In this document: piece after piece, positions 9,894 to 22,576 of the stretch | Layout of the letters: each line of letters opens with the position of its first letter | Position numbering within the stretch: position 1 is the first letter of the stretch | DNA from: an uncultured Gammaproteobacteria bacterium | GTDB lineage: Bacteria; Patescibacteriota; Patescibacteriia; UBA2591; UBA6264 | Length of the DNA stretch: 64,000 nucleotides | Assembly (NCBI GenBank): GCA_964596735.1 | Contig: CAZQVF010000007.1 | Span: 5,772 to 69,771, forward strand | Direction: 5' to 3' | Made by a program: the position numbers and the translations under genes | Notes under the pieces: model-generated | The model's input: the letters and a program-made list of their open reading frames with translations, nothing else | Databases searched by the model: none | What the model was told of the DNA's origin: nothing

Positions 9894-10415
9894 ATGCAAA
9901 CTCAAATAGCCGGCTTATCAGAAACGATGACAATAAAAGCTCTTGTATTAGGGCAGGTGACAGAGGAAAGGGAAATGATTGAAGGGATGAAATCTTTTCC
10001 AGTTTTAAATAATTTCACGTCTCAAGAAAAAGAGATTCTCAAAGCAACAGGAGATCCGCGGGTTTGGTTGATTGCTACTTTTTTTGACAAACACTTAGTT
10101 AAAGCAGGAGTTCAGCTAAAAGGAAGTCAAATAAGCTATAAGTCTGCCTGCGATTCAAGAGAAGAAAATCATTTTGCAGATCCGAATCAGTCAGACGCCG
10201 GAATCACAGAATCTTTGGACAGACAGGCGTTATTGCTAGGTCATTCTAACCACAGAATAGGTTATTTAATAACCGGCATAGAAAGATTTATGCAACAACT
10301 AGACAAGTACGGGTATTGTCGGGAGTGCGGCGAACCAATTTTTCTTGAAAGGTTAGAAGAGGTTCCTCATGCGGGACTTTGTGTACCTTGCAAACAAAGG
10401 ATTAACGGCGAGTAA
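9894..10415 (+). CDS. DksA/TraR-family C4 zinc-finger protein with atypical N-terminal region
   Basis: C-terminal CRECGEPIFLERLEEVPHAGLCVPC (CxxC-17-CxxC) preceded by a helical region; local GC above surroundings. Confidence 0.55.
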   Translation: MQTQIAGLSETMTIKALVLGQVTEEREMIEGMKSFPVLNNFTSQEKEILKATGDPRVWLIATFFDKHLVKAGVQLKGSQISYKSACDSREENHFADPNQSDAGITESLDRQALLLGHSNHRIGYLITGIERFMQQLDKYGYCRECGEPIFLERLEEVPHAGLCVPCKQRINGE

Positions 10416-10435
10416 AAGGAGGTTTTTTAGAATTA

Positions 10436-10470
10436 ATCAGCGGGTCAAAGATCCGCTGATATTCTTTTTA
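10436..10470 (+). terminator. Bidirectional terminator between convergent genes
   Basis: ATCAGCGG-gtcaaagat-CCGCTGAT followed by ATTCTTTTT. Confidence 0.6.
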
Positions 10471-10487
10471 AATTAGTCTAAACAAGA

Positions 10488-12011
10488 TTAATACATTTTA
10501 GTTAAATCAATTCCAGTGTAGTAGTATTTTAAAATTTGTGAGTAATTTGCTCCTTGATTGGCCGCTGTGATTCCCCCCATTTGAGCAAGCCCCACGCCAT
10601 GGCCCTTAAGTGTTTTTCCTTCACCCTGAGGGTCATTTTTTGCCTGTAGATAATCAACCGGAGCTTTGGTCATATTTGCCTGATAAGAAGAACGGGTTTG
10701 TCCATCAGTTTGAGCAAAATAATAAGCAAGAATAGGATCATTTTGATAAGTAGCAACAATTCCTTTTGTTTGAGCAACAGCGGATAATGCATTAGGTCCT
10801 CTTAATTCTTTTTGGTATCCGCGATAAACCTGGTCTGCCTGAGTTGATCTAACAGTGAAAAAGGGCCGACCATCAGGTGTGTTAGTATATTTAGGGGTAA
10901 GGTAGCGGAAAAGAGCATAAGTACGAGCGGCAATAGTTTGAGCCTTTAAAAATTCCATAGGTGAAGAATCTCCTACCTCAGAAATGCCTTTCATATACTC
11001 CTCCAGGGGTAATTGATTAATCAACCAAAGGCGTTTAGTATTAGGATTATAGTGAATTTTTAAAGCATCCCTGAATTCATTGTCATTAACATTTTTTCCC
11101 CAAAAGGGACCGTTCTCCCAGGAATGGATTTTAAAAATTGTTGAATCATCTCCCTGAAGTTTGAAATAAGAATCAGACATTAAAATTCGTGTTCCCTGAG
11201 AATCATTAATAAAATAACGATTAAGTTCATAATTATAATCTACTTCAGTTGTTTCACCAGCAGTATTACGAACTAGGAGTTTATTATTTTGATCATAAAT
11301 ATTATAGAGTTTATTGTCTAAGGTAGAAATTTGAAAAGGTAGATAATCTAGTTTTTCAGGTTCTTCAACATAAAGAAGTCCTATTTCAATTTCTGGTCCC
11401 TCTGAAAGGTCTGTCCAGCGAAAATCATTAATAATATTTATCTCTGAAGACACATCTTGCCACCAGGTTTCAGTTGGTTCAGATGGAGGAGTGGGAGTTG
11501 GTTCAGATGGAGGAGTGGGTTCGGGAGTAGGGGGCAAAATAACCTCGGCCCCGACCACTTTAATGGCAAATTCGATTTTTCCACCGGGAATAGGATTTGA
11601 ACCAGCATAGAGTTGAAATTTTTCCCAATAAAGGCCATCTTCATCGGGAGCTGAAAAAGTAAAACGAAATAAAGCCTCTTCGCCTGGAAAAATCATTAAG
11701 ATTGGATTAACACGGTTAGGAATATAGTCATCGTACCAGGTAGAATGAGTTAAACGACTTTTCATTCCAGAAATAGTTCTAAGAACAACTACATTGTTTC
11801 CTACACCCTGCCAAAGAGCATCGCCAGTATTTTTAAATGTAACCCAGAATTCTAGACTCTGGGTTGGTCCGAGTTCTGGGATGGCAGCATGGCTCTGGGC
11901 TAATTTTTCTGCCTGATAATCAGTGTTAGCTAAAGCAGGTGGGGCAATAATAAATAACCCAAGTAGGCATAAATTTAAAATAATATATTTAATATAGGGT
12001 TTTGTTTTCAT
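10488..12011 (-). CDS. Secreted SpoIID/LytB-domain protein (amidase enhancer / lytic transglycosylase family) with Pro/Thr-rich linker
   Basis: Signal peptide; C-terminal ...AVAQTKGIVATYQNDPILAYYFAQTDGQTRS... matches the SpoIID/LytB region; PTPEPTPPSEPTPTPPSEPTE linker. Confidence 0.7.
   Translation of the reverse strand: MKTKPYIKYIILNLCLLGLFIIAPPALANTDYQAEKLAQSHAAIPELGPTQSLEFWVTFKNTGDALWQGVGNNVVVLRTISGMKSRLTHSTWYDDYIPNRVNPILMIFPGEEALFRFTFSAPDEDGLYWEKFQLYAGSNPIPGGKIEFAIKVVGAEVILPPTPEPTPPSEPTPTPPSEPTETWWQDVSSEINIINDFRWTDLSEGPEIEIGLLYVEEPEKLDYLPFQISTLDNKLYNIYDQNNKLLVRNTAGETTEVDYNYELNRYFINDSQGTRILMSDSYFKLQGDDSTIFKIHSWENGPFWGKNVNDNEFRDALKIHYNPNTKRLWLINQLPLEEYMKGISEVGDSSPMEFLKAQTIAARTYALFRYLTPKYTNTPDGRPFFTVRSTQADQVYRGYQKELRGPNALSAVAQTKGIVATYQNDPILAYYFAQTDGQTRSSYQANMTKAPVDYLQAKNDPQGEGKTLKGHGVGLAQMGGITAANQGANYSQILKYYYTGIDLTKMY
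11461..11530. repeat. Tandem 24-nt repeat encoding the PTPPSEPT linker
   Basis: GTTGGTTCAGATGGAGGAGTGGGA present twice in tandem inside the SpoIID-like CDS. Confidence 0.6.
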
Positions 12012-12091
12012 GTATTTTAGTTTAACTAAGAATAAAACAACGTCAAGTTTTTAATCTTGCTGATCTATGTTTTTCTTGATATGATTAAGCT

Positions 12092-13534
12092 ATGACGTTA
12101 ACAAAAAAGGTTGCCCACAATTTTATTTTGCAAATTATTGGTCGAATTTTAGCTTTAATCTTGGGTCTTTTTGTTATTAGTTTAATGATGAGATATTTAG
12201 GCCCAAGAAATTATGGTTATTATTCAACAGCATTTGCCTTTTTGCAGGTTTTTGGAATTATTGCTGACTTTGGACTTTATTTAATTATTTTACAATATTT
12301 AGGGGAAACAGACCTCTTAAAAGGGGCAGAAAAAGAAAAAAGGGTCAGATATATAATGGGAAATATTTTTACTTTACGATTTTTTTCTGCTTTATTTTTT
12401 TACGGCGGAGCTTTTGCCCTTTGTTGGATCTTTCCTTATCCGAAGATAGTTAAACTTGGAGTAGGAATTTTATCAGGGTCTCTTTTCTTTTGTACCTTAA
12501 TTCAGGCTTTGTCTGCTTTTTATCAAAAGACATTGCGCACAGAAAAAATTTTCGTTGCTGAGGTTCTAGGGAAAATTATCACCCTAGTTTTAATGGTTTT
12601 GTTTGTTAAATACAATTTTAGTTTTTATTCAGTTTTAAGTGTTTTTGTTTTGGGGCATTTAGCTAATTTTTTGTGGTTATTTTTTGCGGCAAGAAAATGG
12701 ATTCTTTTGAAATTTAGATTTGATTTTATCTTTTGGCGAGAAATTTTAAAAAAATCTTGGCCAGTTGGTTTAGCAATTATTTTTAATGTTTTTTATTTTA
12801 AGGCCGATACTTTAATCTTGTTTTTTTATCACTCGCCAGAACACGTGGGTTTTTATGGTGCATGTTATCGTATTTTAGAAGTTTTAATTACTATTCCTCC
12901 GCTTTTTCTTGGACTTATTCTACCGCGTTTAACCAAAGCTTGGAAAGATAAAGACAAAGTCCATTTAAAGATTTTAATTCAAAAAAGTTTTGACTTTTTA
13001 GTTATGATTTCTCTCCCCATAGTTTTTGCCACCCTAATTTTAGGAGAAAAAATTATGACATTAATTGGTGGTCAAGAATTTAGTTTAGCTGGAAATATTT
13101 TAAAAGTAGTTATTATTGCTTGTGGAATTTTATTCGTGGCCGAATTATTTAAACACATGATGGTGGCAATTGGAAAACAGCGGCAAATACTTCCTTTTTA
13201 TTTAATCACCGCCTTTTTATCTTTAGTTGGCTATTTTATTTTTATCCCTAAATATTCTTATTGGGGAGCAGCCTGGGTGACGGTTTTTAGTGAGCTTTTA
13301 ATGTTTATTTTTGCCTTTTGTTTAGTTTGGCAGACAACTAAGATATTACCTAATTTAAAATTCTTCGTTAAAAGTTTAGGAGCGAGCTTAATTATGTTTT
13401 TGTCTTTGTTCTTTTTAAATGATTTAAATTTATTTTTATTAGTTTTAATTGGTCCAGTAATTTATTTTGTTTTCCTTTATATTTTTAAAGGAATAGACAA
13501 ACAAACAGTTAAAGACATTATTAAATTAAATTAA
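12092..13534 (+). CDS. Polysaccharide biosynthesis / oligosaccharide flippase (Wzx-like, MOP superfamily)
   Basis: 480 aa, about 12-14 predicted TM helices, family-typical N-terminal region. Confidence 0.65.
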   Translation: MTLTKKVAHNFILQIIGRILALILGLFVISLMMRYLGPRNYGYYSTAFAFLQVFGIIADFGLYLIILQYLGETDLLKGAEKEKRVRYIMGNIFTLRFFSALFFYGGAFALCWIFPYPKIVKLGVGILSGSLFFCTLIQALSAFYQKTLRTEKIFVAEVLGKIITLVLMVLFVKYNFSFYSVLSVFVLGHLANFLWLFFAARKWILLKFRFDFIFWREILKKSWPVGLAIIFNVFYFKADTLILFFYHSPEHVGFYGACYRILEVLITIPPLFLGLILPRLTKAWKDKDKVHLKILIQKSFDFLVMISLPIVFATLILGEKIMTLIGGQEFSLAGNILKVVIIACGILFVAELFKHMMVAIGKQRQILPFYLITAFLSLVGYFIFIPKYSYWGAAWVTVFSELLMFIFAFCLVWQTTKILPNLKFFVKSLGASLIMFLSLFFLNDLNLFLLVLIGPVIYFVFLYIFKGIDKQTVKDIIKLN

Positions 13535-14806
13535 ATGTTATTTGTTTTATTAATTCCTTTTGCTTTTTTAGTTTGGTTTAGGCCCAAATACGCTTTGTGG
13601 CTGACCTTAATTCTTATTCCTACTTATCAAATCAAAGGAATAATTTATAATATTCCAGTGACGCTTTTAGAGTTGATGATCCTGAGTCTATTTTTAATCT
13701 ATGGGTTGAAGAATATAAAAAGGATTAAGGAGCTTATTCAAAACTTAAAAAACTGGCAATGGCCGATTTTAATCTGGTTAATTATAGCCACATTAGCCAT
13801 GTTTATTTCTCCAGATTTAAGGGCTGGGGCAGGAGTTTGGAAGGCTTATTTTATTGAACCAATTTTATTATTAATTGTCTTTCTTGATTTAATTAAAAAC
13901 AAAAAAGATTTGAAATTGATACTTTCAGCCTTTATTTTTTCTGCTCTGACTGTTTCAATTTATGCTCTTTATCAGAAATTTGTTGGGCAAGGTATTTGGA
14001 GTACAGAAGTTTGGGGACAACCTCAGGTTTTGAGAGTTACAAGCTTTTTCCCTCATCCAAATTTTCTAGGTCTTTATTTAGGCCCTTTAATGCTTTTGGG
14101 CCTGGGTTATATATTTTCTTATATTAAAAACAAGAATATAATAATTGGTTGTGCTCTTTTACTTTTTGTTATAACATCCCTGTCTTTAGTTTATGCTCGC
14201 TCTGAAGCGACTATTTTGGCTGTTTTAGTGGGACTATTTTTTCTCGGTTTAATTGTTAAATCAAGCCAAAAATATACCTTAGCCTTTTTATTTATTATTC
14301 TCTTGCTCATTTTTTCTTTTCCTGTTTCTCGAAATTATTTTGTTCAAAAAATCGGCTTACAAGATCTTTCTGGTCAATTACGTTTTAATATTTGGCAAGG
14401 AGCAGTTGAGTTAATTAAAGAAAAACCTGTTTTGGGCGTAGGATTAGATGGTTATGAAAGACTGGCTCCTGATTATCAAAAAAGATTTTATGATCCTCAC
14501 ACAGGTGAGTTAATTTCAGTGGAGACCCACCCTTATCCGCATAATTTATATCTAACGCTTTGGCTAGAGCTAGGATTATTAGGATTGATTGTCTTTACTT
14601 GGATTTTAATTAAGTTTTTTAAACAAGGATTTAAACAATTAGACAAAAAAAATGTTATTATAAGTACATCAATCATGGCGGCGATGATAGTTATTGTTAT
14701 TCATGGTCTAGCTGACACCCCTTATTTTAAAAATGATTTAGCCATATTATTTTGGCTGATTATTGGATTAAATATTGTTAATAAAAAAGTTTTTGATTTA
14801 AAATAA
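13535..14806 (+). CDS. O-antigen ligase-like membrane protein (Wzy_C domain)
   Basis: 423 aa polytopic; large loop with HPHNLYL ... GLLG motif typical of the Wzy_C/O-antigen ligase family; start abuts the flippase stop. Confidence 0.6.
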   Translation: MLFVLLIPFAFLVWFRPKYALWLTLILIPTYQIKGIIYNIPVTLLELMILSLFLIYGLKNIKRIKELIQNLKNWQWPILIWLIIATLAMFISPDLRAGAGVWKAYFIEPILLLIVFLDLIKNKKDLKLILSAFIFSALTVSIYALYQKFVGQGIWSTEVWGQPQVLRVTSFFPHPNFLGLYLGPLMLLGLGYIFSYIKNKNIIIGCALLLFVITSLSLVYARSEATILAVLVGLFFLGLIVKSSQKYTLAFLFIILLLIFSFPVSRNYFVQKIGLQDLSGQLRFNIWQGAVELIKEKPVLGVGLDGYERLAPDYQKRFYDPHTGELISVETHPYPHNLYLTLWLELGLLGLIVFTWILIKFFKQGFKQLDKKNVIISTSIMAAMIVIVIHGLADTPYFKNDLAILFWLIIGLNIVNKKVFDLK

Positions 14807-15669
14807 TGCAATCAAAGTTTGTAAATAATGGGAAAATCAAATTGTATTATGAGATTTGTAAAAAAGAACCAATGATGGTCTTTTTGCATGGAGGAACCTG
14901 TAATCATACAGTTTTTAAATCTTATCGTGATCATTTTCATAAATTGGGCGCTGGGTTTTTAACCTTTGATCAAAGAGGGCATGGTAAATCTTCTTGTCCT
15001 TTGTCCAAATCAGATTACACTTTAGAGGCTTATACGGCTGATCTAGAAAAAATTCTTAAAACAGAGAAAATAGAAAAAATGATTTTGGTTGGTCATTCTT
15101 TAGGAACAATAGTAGCTCAGAATTATACTATTAAATATCCAAATAACGTAGAAGCTTTAATTTTAATTTCTCCTTCTTATAATTTTAAAAAAACATTTGA
15201 GAAAAGTTTTTTAAGAAAAATTTTTTTAGGACTTGATCCCTTGCTCAGACAATTATTAACTAGATATAATCAGGTAAGGGGTTTTACAAATTTTAAACGC
15301 AAGCGACATTATATAGATTTTAGTCAAGAAAAAATCAAGGAAATCAGTGATATAGATTTTCTAAAAAAAGTGTATGGAGAAGATACTTATAAACATGTAC
15401 TGGCTGATCATGCCATGGGTCGAGCAATTATGAAATGGGACATTGAATCAATTGTTTCAAAAATACAAACCCCAACTTTAATAGTTCATGGAGACGCTGA
15501 TAGATTGGTGTCAGTAAAATCAGCTTATAAATTATATGAAATGATCCCCGGAGCAGAAAGGCCAGTGATTATTCCTGGTTTGCGACATGGTCTTGTTTTC
15601 CGATACCCCAAATTAATCATAGATACCATAGAAGAGTTTTTAGTTAAAAAAAATAAACTTTCATTATGA
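14806..15669 (+). CDS. Alpha/beta hydrolase
   Basis: HGG oxyanion motif and GHSLG nucleophile elbow. Confidence 0.75.
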   Translation: MQSKFVNNGKIKLYYEICKKEPMMVFLHGGTCNHTVFKSYRDHFHKLGAGFLTFDQRGHGKSSCPLSKSDYTLEAYTADLEKILKTEKIEKMILVGHSLGTIVAQNYTIKYPNNVEALILISPSYNFKKTFEKSFLRKIFLGLDPLLRQLLTRYNQVRGFTNFKRKRHYIDFSQEKIKEISDIDFLKKVYGEDTYKHVLADHAMGRAIMKWDIESIVSKIQTPTLIVHGDADRLVSVKSAYKLYEMIPGAERPVIIPGLRHGLVFRYPKLIIDTIEEFLVKKNKLSL

Positions 15670-16991
15670 AAAAGAAAAAAGTTTTAATCATTGGGGCTGG
15701 CCCAGCAGGTTTATTTGCCGCATTTGCTTTAGTTAAAAAAAACAAATTTGAAATAACAGTTTTTGATCAAGGACCTGGGATGAAAAAAAGGTTAAAAAAT
15801 AAGAATGGAGTAATCGGCCTTGGTGGAGCAGGTCTATTTTCTGATGGTAAATTAAACTTCTCTTTAGATATTGGTACTAATTTAAGAGAGATTATTTCTG
15901 ACAAAGAACATTTATCTTTGGTTAATGAAGTGGAGAGAATTTTTGCTAAATATGGAGACATGGATTTTACCGAGTCAAAAGAAACAAGAGCTAAAAGAGG
16001 TGTTTTAGAAAAAGAAGCGGCCAAAAAAGGTATTAGATTTCTCCCAACTAAAATGGCTCACATCGGCTCAGATTTTTTACCTGAAATTATTAATAAAATA
16101 ATCAATGATTTAGAAAAACAAGGAGTAAAGTTTGTTTCTGAGGTACAAGTAGAGAGTATTAAAAAGAATAAAATTATTACAAGTAAAAAAGAACATACTT
16201 ATGATTATTTAATTCTAGCTCCAGGTCGTGGTGGAGCCCTTTGGCTAGAAACGATAGCCCAGGACATGGGGATAGAATATAAATATAATCCTTTGGACAT
16301 TGGTGTGCGAGTAGAAGTTTCTAGTGAAATTATGGAAGATGTTTGTCAGATTGAATATGATCCTAAGTTTCATATTCGAACACCCACCTATGACGATCAA
16401 ATCAGAACCTTTTGTACTTGTCCTCGCGGCTACATAGCCATAGAAGAACACAGAAATTTTATACTAGTAAATGGTTATAGTAATCGAGGCAGAAAGTCTG
16501 AAAGCACTAATTTTGCTTTTTTAGTAAGAGTAAATTTAACAGAACCATTAGAGAACACTAATTTATACGGTCAAGCTATTGCTCAAGAAATGACAACCAT
16601 TGGCGGAGGAAAACCGATTTTACAAAGACTTGGAGATCTTTGTAATGGACAACGAAGTAGCTGGCTAAGGATAAAAAAAAGTCATCTTAAACCAAGTTTA
16701 GTAAATGTTACTCCGGGCGACATTGCCATGGGTATGCCTTATCGTTTTGTCAAAGATATTCTTGAAGGGTTAAAAATATTAGATAAATTAATTCCCGGAG
16801 TGGCTGACAACGGGACATTACTTTACGCTCCAGAGGTTAAATTTCATGGGTTAAAGGTTTTAATCAATGATTTTTTACAGACTAACATAGAAAATATTTT
16901 TGTCGCTGGCGATGGGGCTGGGCTTTCGCGAGGAATTGTTGGAGCAGCTGCTTCGGGACTTTTAGCGGCTAAGGGTATTTTAGAAAAATAA
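15666..16991 (+). CDS. FAD-dependent oxidoreductase (COG2509-like)
   Basis: N-terminal dinucleotide fold VLIIGAGPAGLFAA, GLGGAGLFSDGK motif. Confidence 0.65.
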   Translation: MKKKKVLIIGAGPAGLFAAFALVKKNKFEITVFDQGPGMKKRLKNKNGVIGLGGAGLFSDGKLNFSLDIGTNLREIISDKEHLSLVNEVERIFAKYGDMDFTESKETRAKRGVLEKEAAKKGIRFLPTKMAHIGSDFLPEIINKIINDLEKQGVKFVSEVQVESIKKNKIITSKKEHTYDYLILAPGRGGALWLETIAQDMGIEYKYNPLDIGVRVEVSSEIMEDVCQIEYDPKFHIRTPTYDDQIRTFCTCPRGYIAIEEHRNFILVNGYSNRGRKSESTNFAFLVRVNLTEPLENTNLYGQAIAQEMTTIGGGKPILQRLGDLCNGQRSSWLRIKKSHLKPSLVNVTPGDIAMGMPYRFVKDILEGLKILDKLIPGVADNGTLLYAPEVKFHGLKVLINDFLQTNIENIFVAGDGAGLSRGIVGAAASGLLAAKGILEK

Positions 16992-17009
16992 AACATATTA
17001 AAATAATTT

Positions 17010-17096
17010 GGAGAGGTGGCTGAGTGGATGAAAGCGCGGCTCTCGAAAAGCCGTAGACCAGCAATGGTCTCGTGGGTTCGAATCCCACCCTCTCCG
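17010..17096 (+). tRNA. tRNA-Ser (anticodon CGA)
   Basis: 87 nt with long variable arm; anticodon stem CGGCT/AGCCG, loop CTCGAAA; T-loop TTCGAAT. Confidence 0.85.
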
Positions 17097-17137
17097 TTTT
17101 CTTAATAAACAGATAAATTATTAATAAAATAAAAATA

Positions 17138-17569
17138 ATGGATCATGTCGCTATTATGAAAAAATCTTGGAAGCTAACTGAAAAGATTTTATTTGGAAAG
17201 AAAAAGATTGAATCAAGATGGTATAAGTCAAAATATTCTCCATGGGGGAAAATTAAAAAAGGTGATATTGTTTATTTTAAAGATTCAGGCGAGCCGGTTT
17301 CAATAAAAGCAAAGGTAGAAAAAGTTATTACTTTTTCTGACTTAACCCCCAAAAAAATAAAACAGATTTTAAATAAATATGCTAAAGATGATGGAATTGA
17401 CAAAAATCAATTGCCCAAGTTTTTTAAACGATTCAAAGATAAAAAGTATTGCCTTTTAATCTTTTTAAAAGACCCAAAAAAGATTAAACCTTTTTATATT
17501 AATAAAACTGGATTCGGCATGATGTCAGCTTGGTTGGTTGTGGAGGATATTAATAAGATTAAGGTATAG
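17138..17569 (+). CDS. Hypothetical protein, possibly ASCH/PUA-like
   Basis: 143 aa Lys-rich; weak resemblance to ASCH-domain proteins only. Confidence 0.35.
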   Translation: MDHVAIMKKSWKLTEKILFGKKKIESRWYKSKYSPWGKIKKGDIVYFKDSGEPVSIKAKVEKVITFSDLTPKKIKQILNKYAKDDGIDKNQLPKFFKRFKDKKYCLLIFLKDPKKIKPFYINKTGFGMMSAWLVVEDINKIKV

Positions 17570-17602
17570 ATTTTTTCTATATTACCAAATAGTTATCCAC
17601 AA

Positions 17603-17630
17603 TTGACAATTAGAGGTTTTCATGTATAAT
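17603..17630 (+). promoter_or_regulatory. rRNA promoter (TTGACA-16-TATAAT) for the 23S-5S unit
   Basis: Near-consensus -35/-10 about 240 nt upstream of the 23S 5' end; leader contains the AAACCGCTggtaAGCGGTTTTTT hairpin (17737-17760). Confidence 0.6.
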
Positions 17631-17867
17631 ATAATCACAAGATAAAAACGATGTTAATTATTATGCAAAACAAAAAACATTTAGTTTTTAAAACCGGTGG
17701 TTAGCTTTGGGCACCTCTTTTTAAGGCCAGACAAACCGCTGGTAAGCGGTTTTTTGTTTTCTAGAGCTCATTTACAATTGAATAGGATAAAAAGCATCTA
17801 AACGAAACAATATATTACTCATATCTATATATTTACTTTAAGGTAAATATGGATTAAGTAGTGGATT

Positions 17868-20930
<3,063 letters not shown>

Positions 20931-20997
20931 TCTCTAATCCACTACTTAATCCATATTTTATATTTTTATCTCTTTTAATTTTTTTGAAGTCAGAATT

Positions 20998-21106
<109 letters not shown>

Positions 21107-21144
21107 TTCTGCCCTCAAATAATTTTTAGAGAGGTATGATAACT

Positions 21145-21180
21145 AAGAACAGGCCCTTTTTGAGCCTGTTCTTTAGTTTC
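21145..21180 (+). terminator. rRNA operon terminator
   Basis: AAGAACAGGC-cctttttga-GCCTGTTCTT hairpin. Confidence 0.55.
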
Positions 21181-21223
21181 TACTAAGCTTTTTTAATTCT
21201 ATTAATTCTGTTAAAATAAGACT

Positions 21224-22516
21224 ATGAGAATTATTGCTGATATTCATAATCATTCCCGATTCTCTCGGGCTTGTTCGCCTCAATTAACTTTACCTAATTT
21301 GGAAAAATGGGGCCGGATTAAAGGGGTTAATTTATTAACCGTTGCTGATTTTACTCATCCGGTTTGGATTAAAGAGTGCGAAGAACAATTAGAGCCAGAA
21401 GGAAATGGATTTTATAAGGTAAAAGGCGGTCAGGGCGATGTTCATTTTATATTTACCACTGAGCTTTCTTTTATTTACAAAAAAGGTGAGAAATGTAGAA
21501 GGGTTCATGAGATGGTTTTAGCCCCTTCAATTGAGGTAGTTAAAAAATTAAACAAAACCCTAGAAAACAGAGGTTTTAATTTAAAATCAGATGGTCGGCC
21601 GATTTTAGGAATATCAGACAGAGATTTTGTAGAATTAGTTAAAAATGTTGATGAAAAAATAGAAGTGATTCCCGCTCATATCTGGACGCCTTGGTTTTCA
21701 GTCTTTGGCTCAAAATCTGGTTTTAATACTATTGAGGAATGTTTTGAAGACATGAGTCAATATATTTTTGCTTTAGAAACTGGTTTAAGTTCTGATCCAC
21801 CTATGAATTGGAGGGTTTCTGTCCTAGACCCATATATTTTGGTTTCTAATTCTGACTCTCATTCATTAAAAAACATCGGAAGAGAAGCAAATGTTTTTGA
21901 AATAGAAAAAAATATATTCTCTTATGATGAATTAATTCGTATTTTAAAACAAAAAGACATAAAAAGATTTCTTTATACTATTGAGTTTTTTCCTGAGGAG
22001 GGCAAATATCATTTTGATGGCCATCGCAGCTGTAATATTGTATTTGATCCTCAAGAGACAATAAAAAACAAAGGACTTTGTCCAAAATGTAAAAAACCTT
22101 TAACTATAGGAGTAAGTTATCGCGTTGAACAATTAGCTGACCGCGATCCAGGATATGTCCCCAAGGATAAGCCCGGATATAAAAGATTAATTGAATTAGA
22201 TAAAATTATTGCCCAAGCTCTTGGGGTAAAAGGGCGAGAATCAAAAGCGGTGATGAGTATTTATTGGCCAATGATTGAAAATTTAGGAAACGAATTATTT
22301 ATTTTAATAGATTGTCCTTTAAAACAAATGAAAGATAAGGGGATTGATGAAAGAATTATTCAGGGAATTGAGAGAGTTAGACAAGAAAAATTATTTATCA
22401 ACCCTGGTCACGACGGGGCCTATGGAGAAATCGGTATTTTTGAAAAACCAGAGAAAGCTAAAAAAGGAATTATTAAAAAGAAAAAAGTCCCTAGAGGACA
22501 GAAAGAATTATTTTAA
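21224..22516 (+). CDS. PHP-domain protein resembling endonuclease Q (deaminated/abasic-site DNA endonuclease) with C-terminal Zn ribbon
   Basis: N-terminus MRIIADIHNHSRFSRACSP...GVNLLTVADFTHPVW mirrors the EndoQ PHP motif pattern; CPKCKKPLTIGVSYRVEQLADRD zinc finger. Confidence 0.5.
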   Translation: MRIIADIHNHSRFSRACSPQLTLPNLEKWGRIKGVNLLTVADFTHPVWIKECEEQLEPEGNGFYKVKGGQGDVHFIFTTELSFIYKKGEKCRRVHEMVLAPSIEVVKKLNKTLENRGFNLKSDGRPILGISDRDFVELVKNVDEKIEVIPAHIWTPWFSVFGSKSGFNTIEECFEDMSQYIFALETGLSSDPPMNWRVSVLDPYILVSNSDSHSLKNIGREANVFEIEKNIFSYDELIRILKQKDIKRFLYTIEFFPEEGKYHFDGHRSCNIVFDPQETIKNKGLCPKCKKPLTIGVSYRVEQLADRDPGYVPKDKPGYKRLIELDKIIAQALGVKGRESKAVMSIYWPMIENLGNELFILIDCPLKQMKDKGIDERIIQGIERVRQEKLFINPGHDGAYGEIGIFEKPEKAKKGIIKKKKVPRGQKELF

Positions 22517-22576
22517 TTGACATTTATTAGTAAATAGAGTATTATTTTAAAACTAAAAAATTAACTGTTTAAATAC

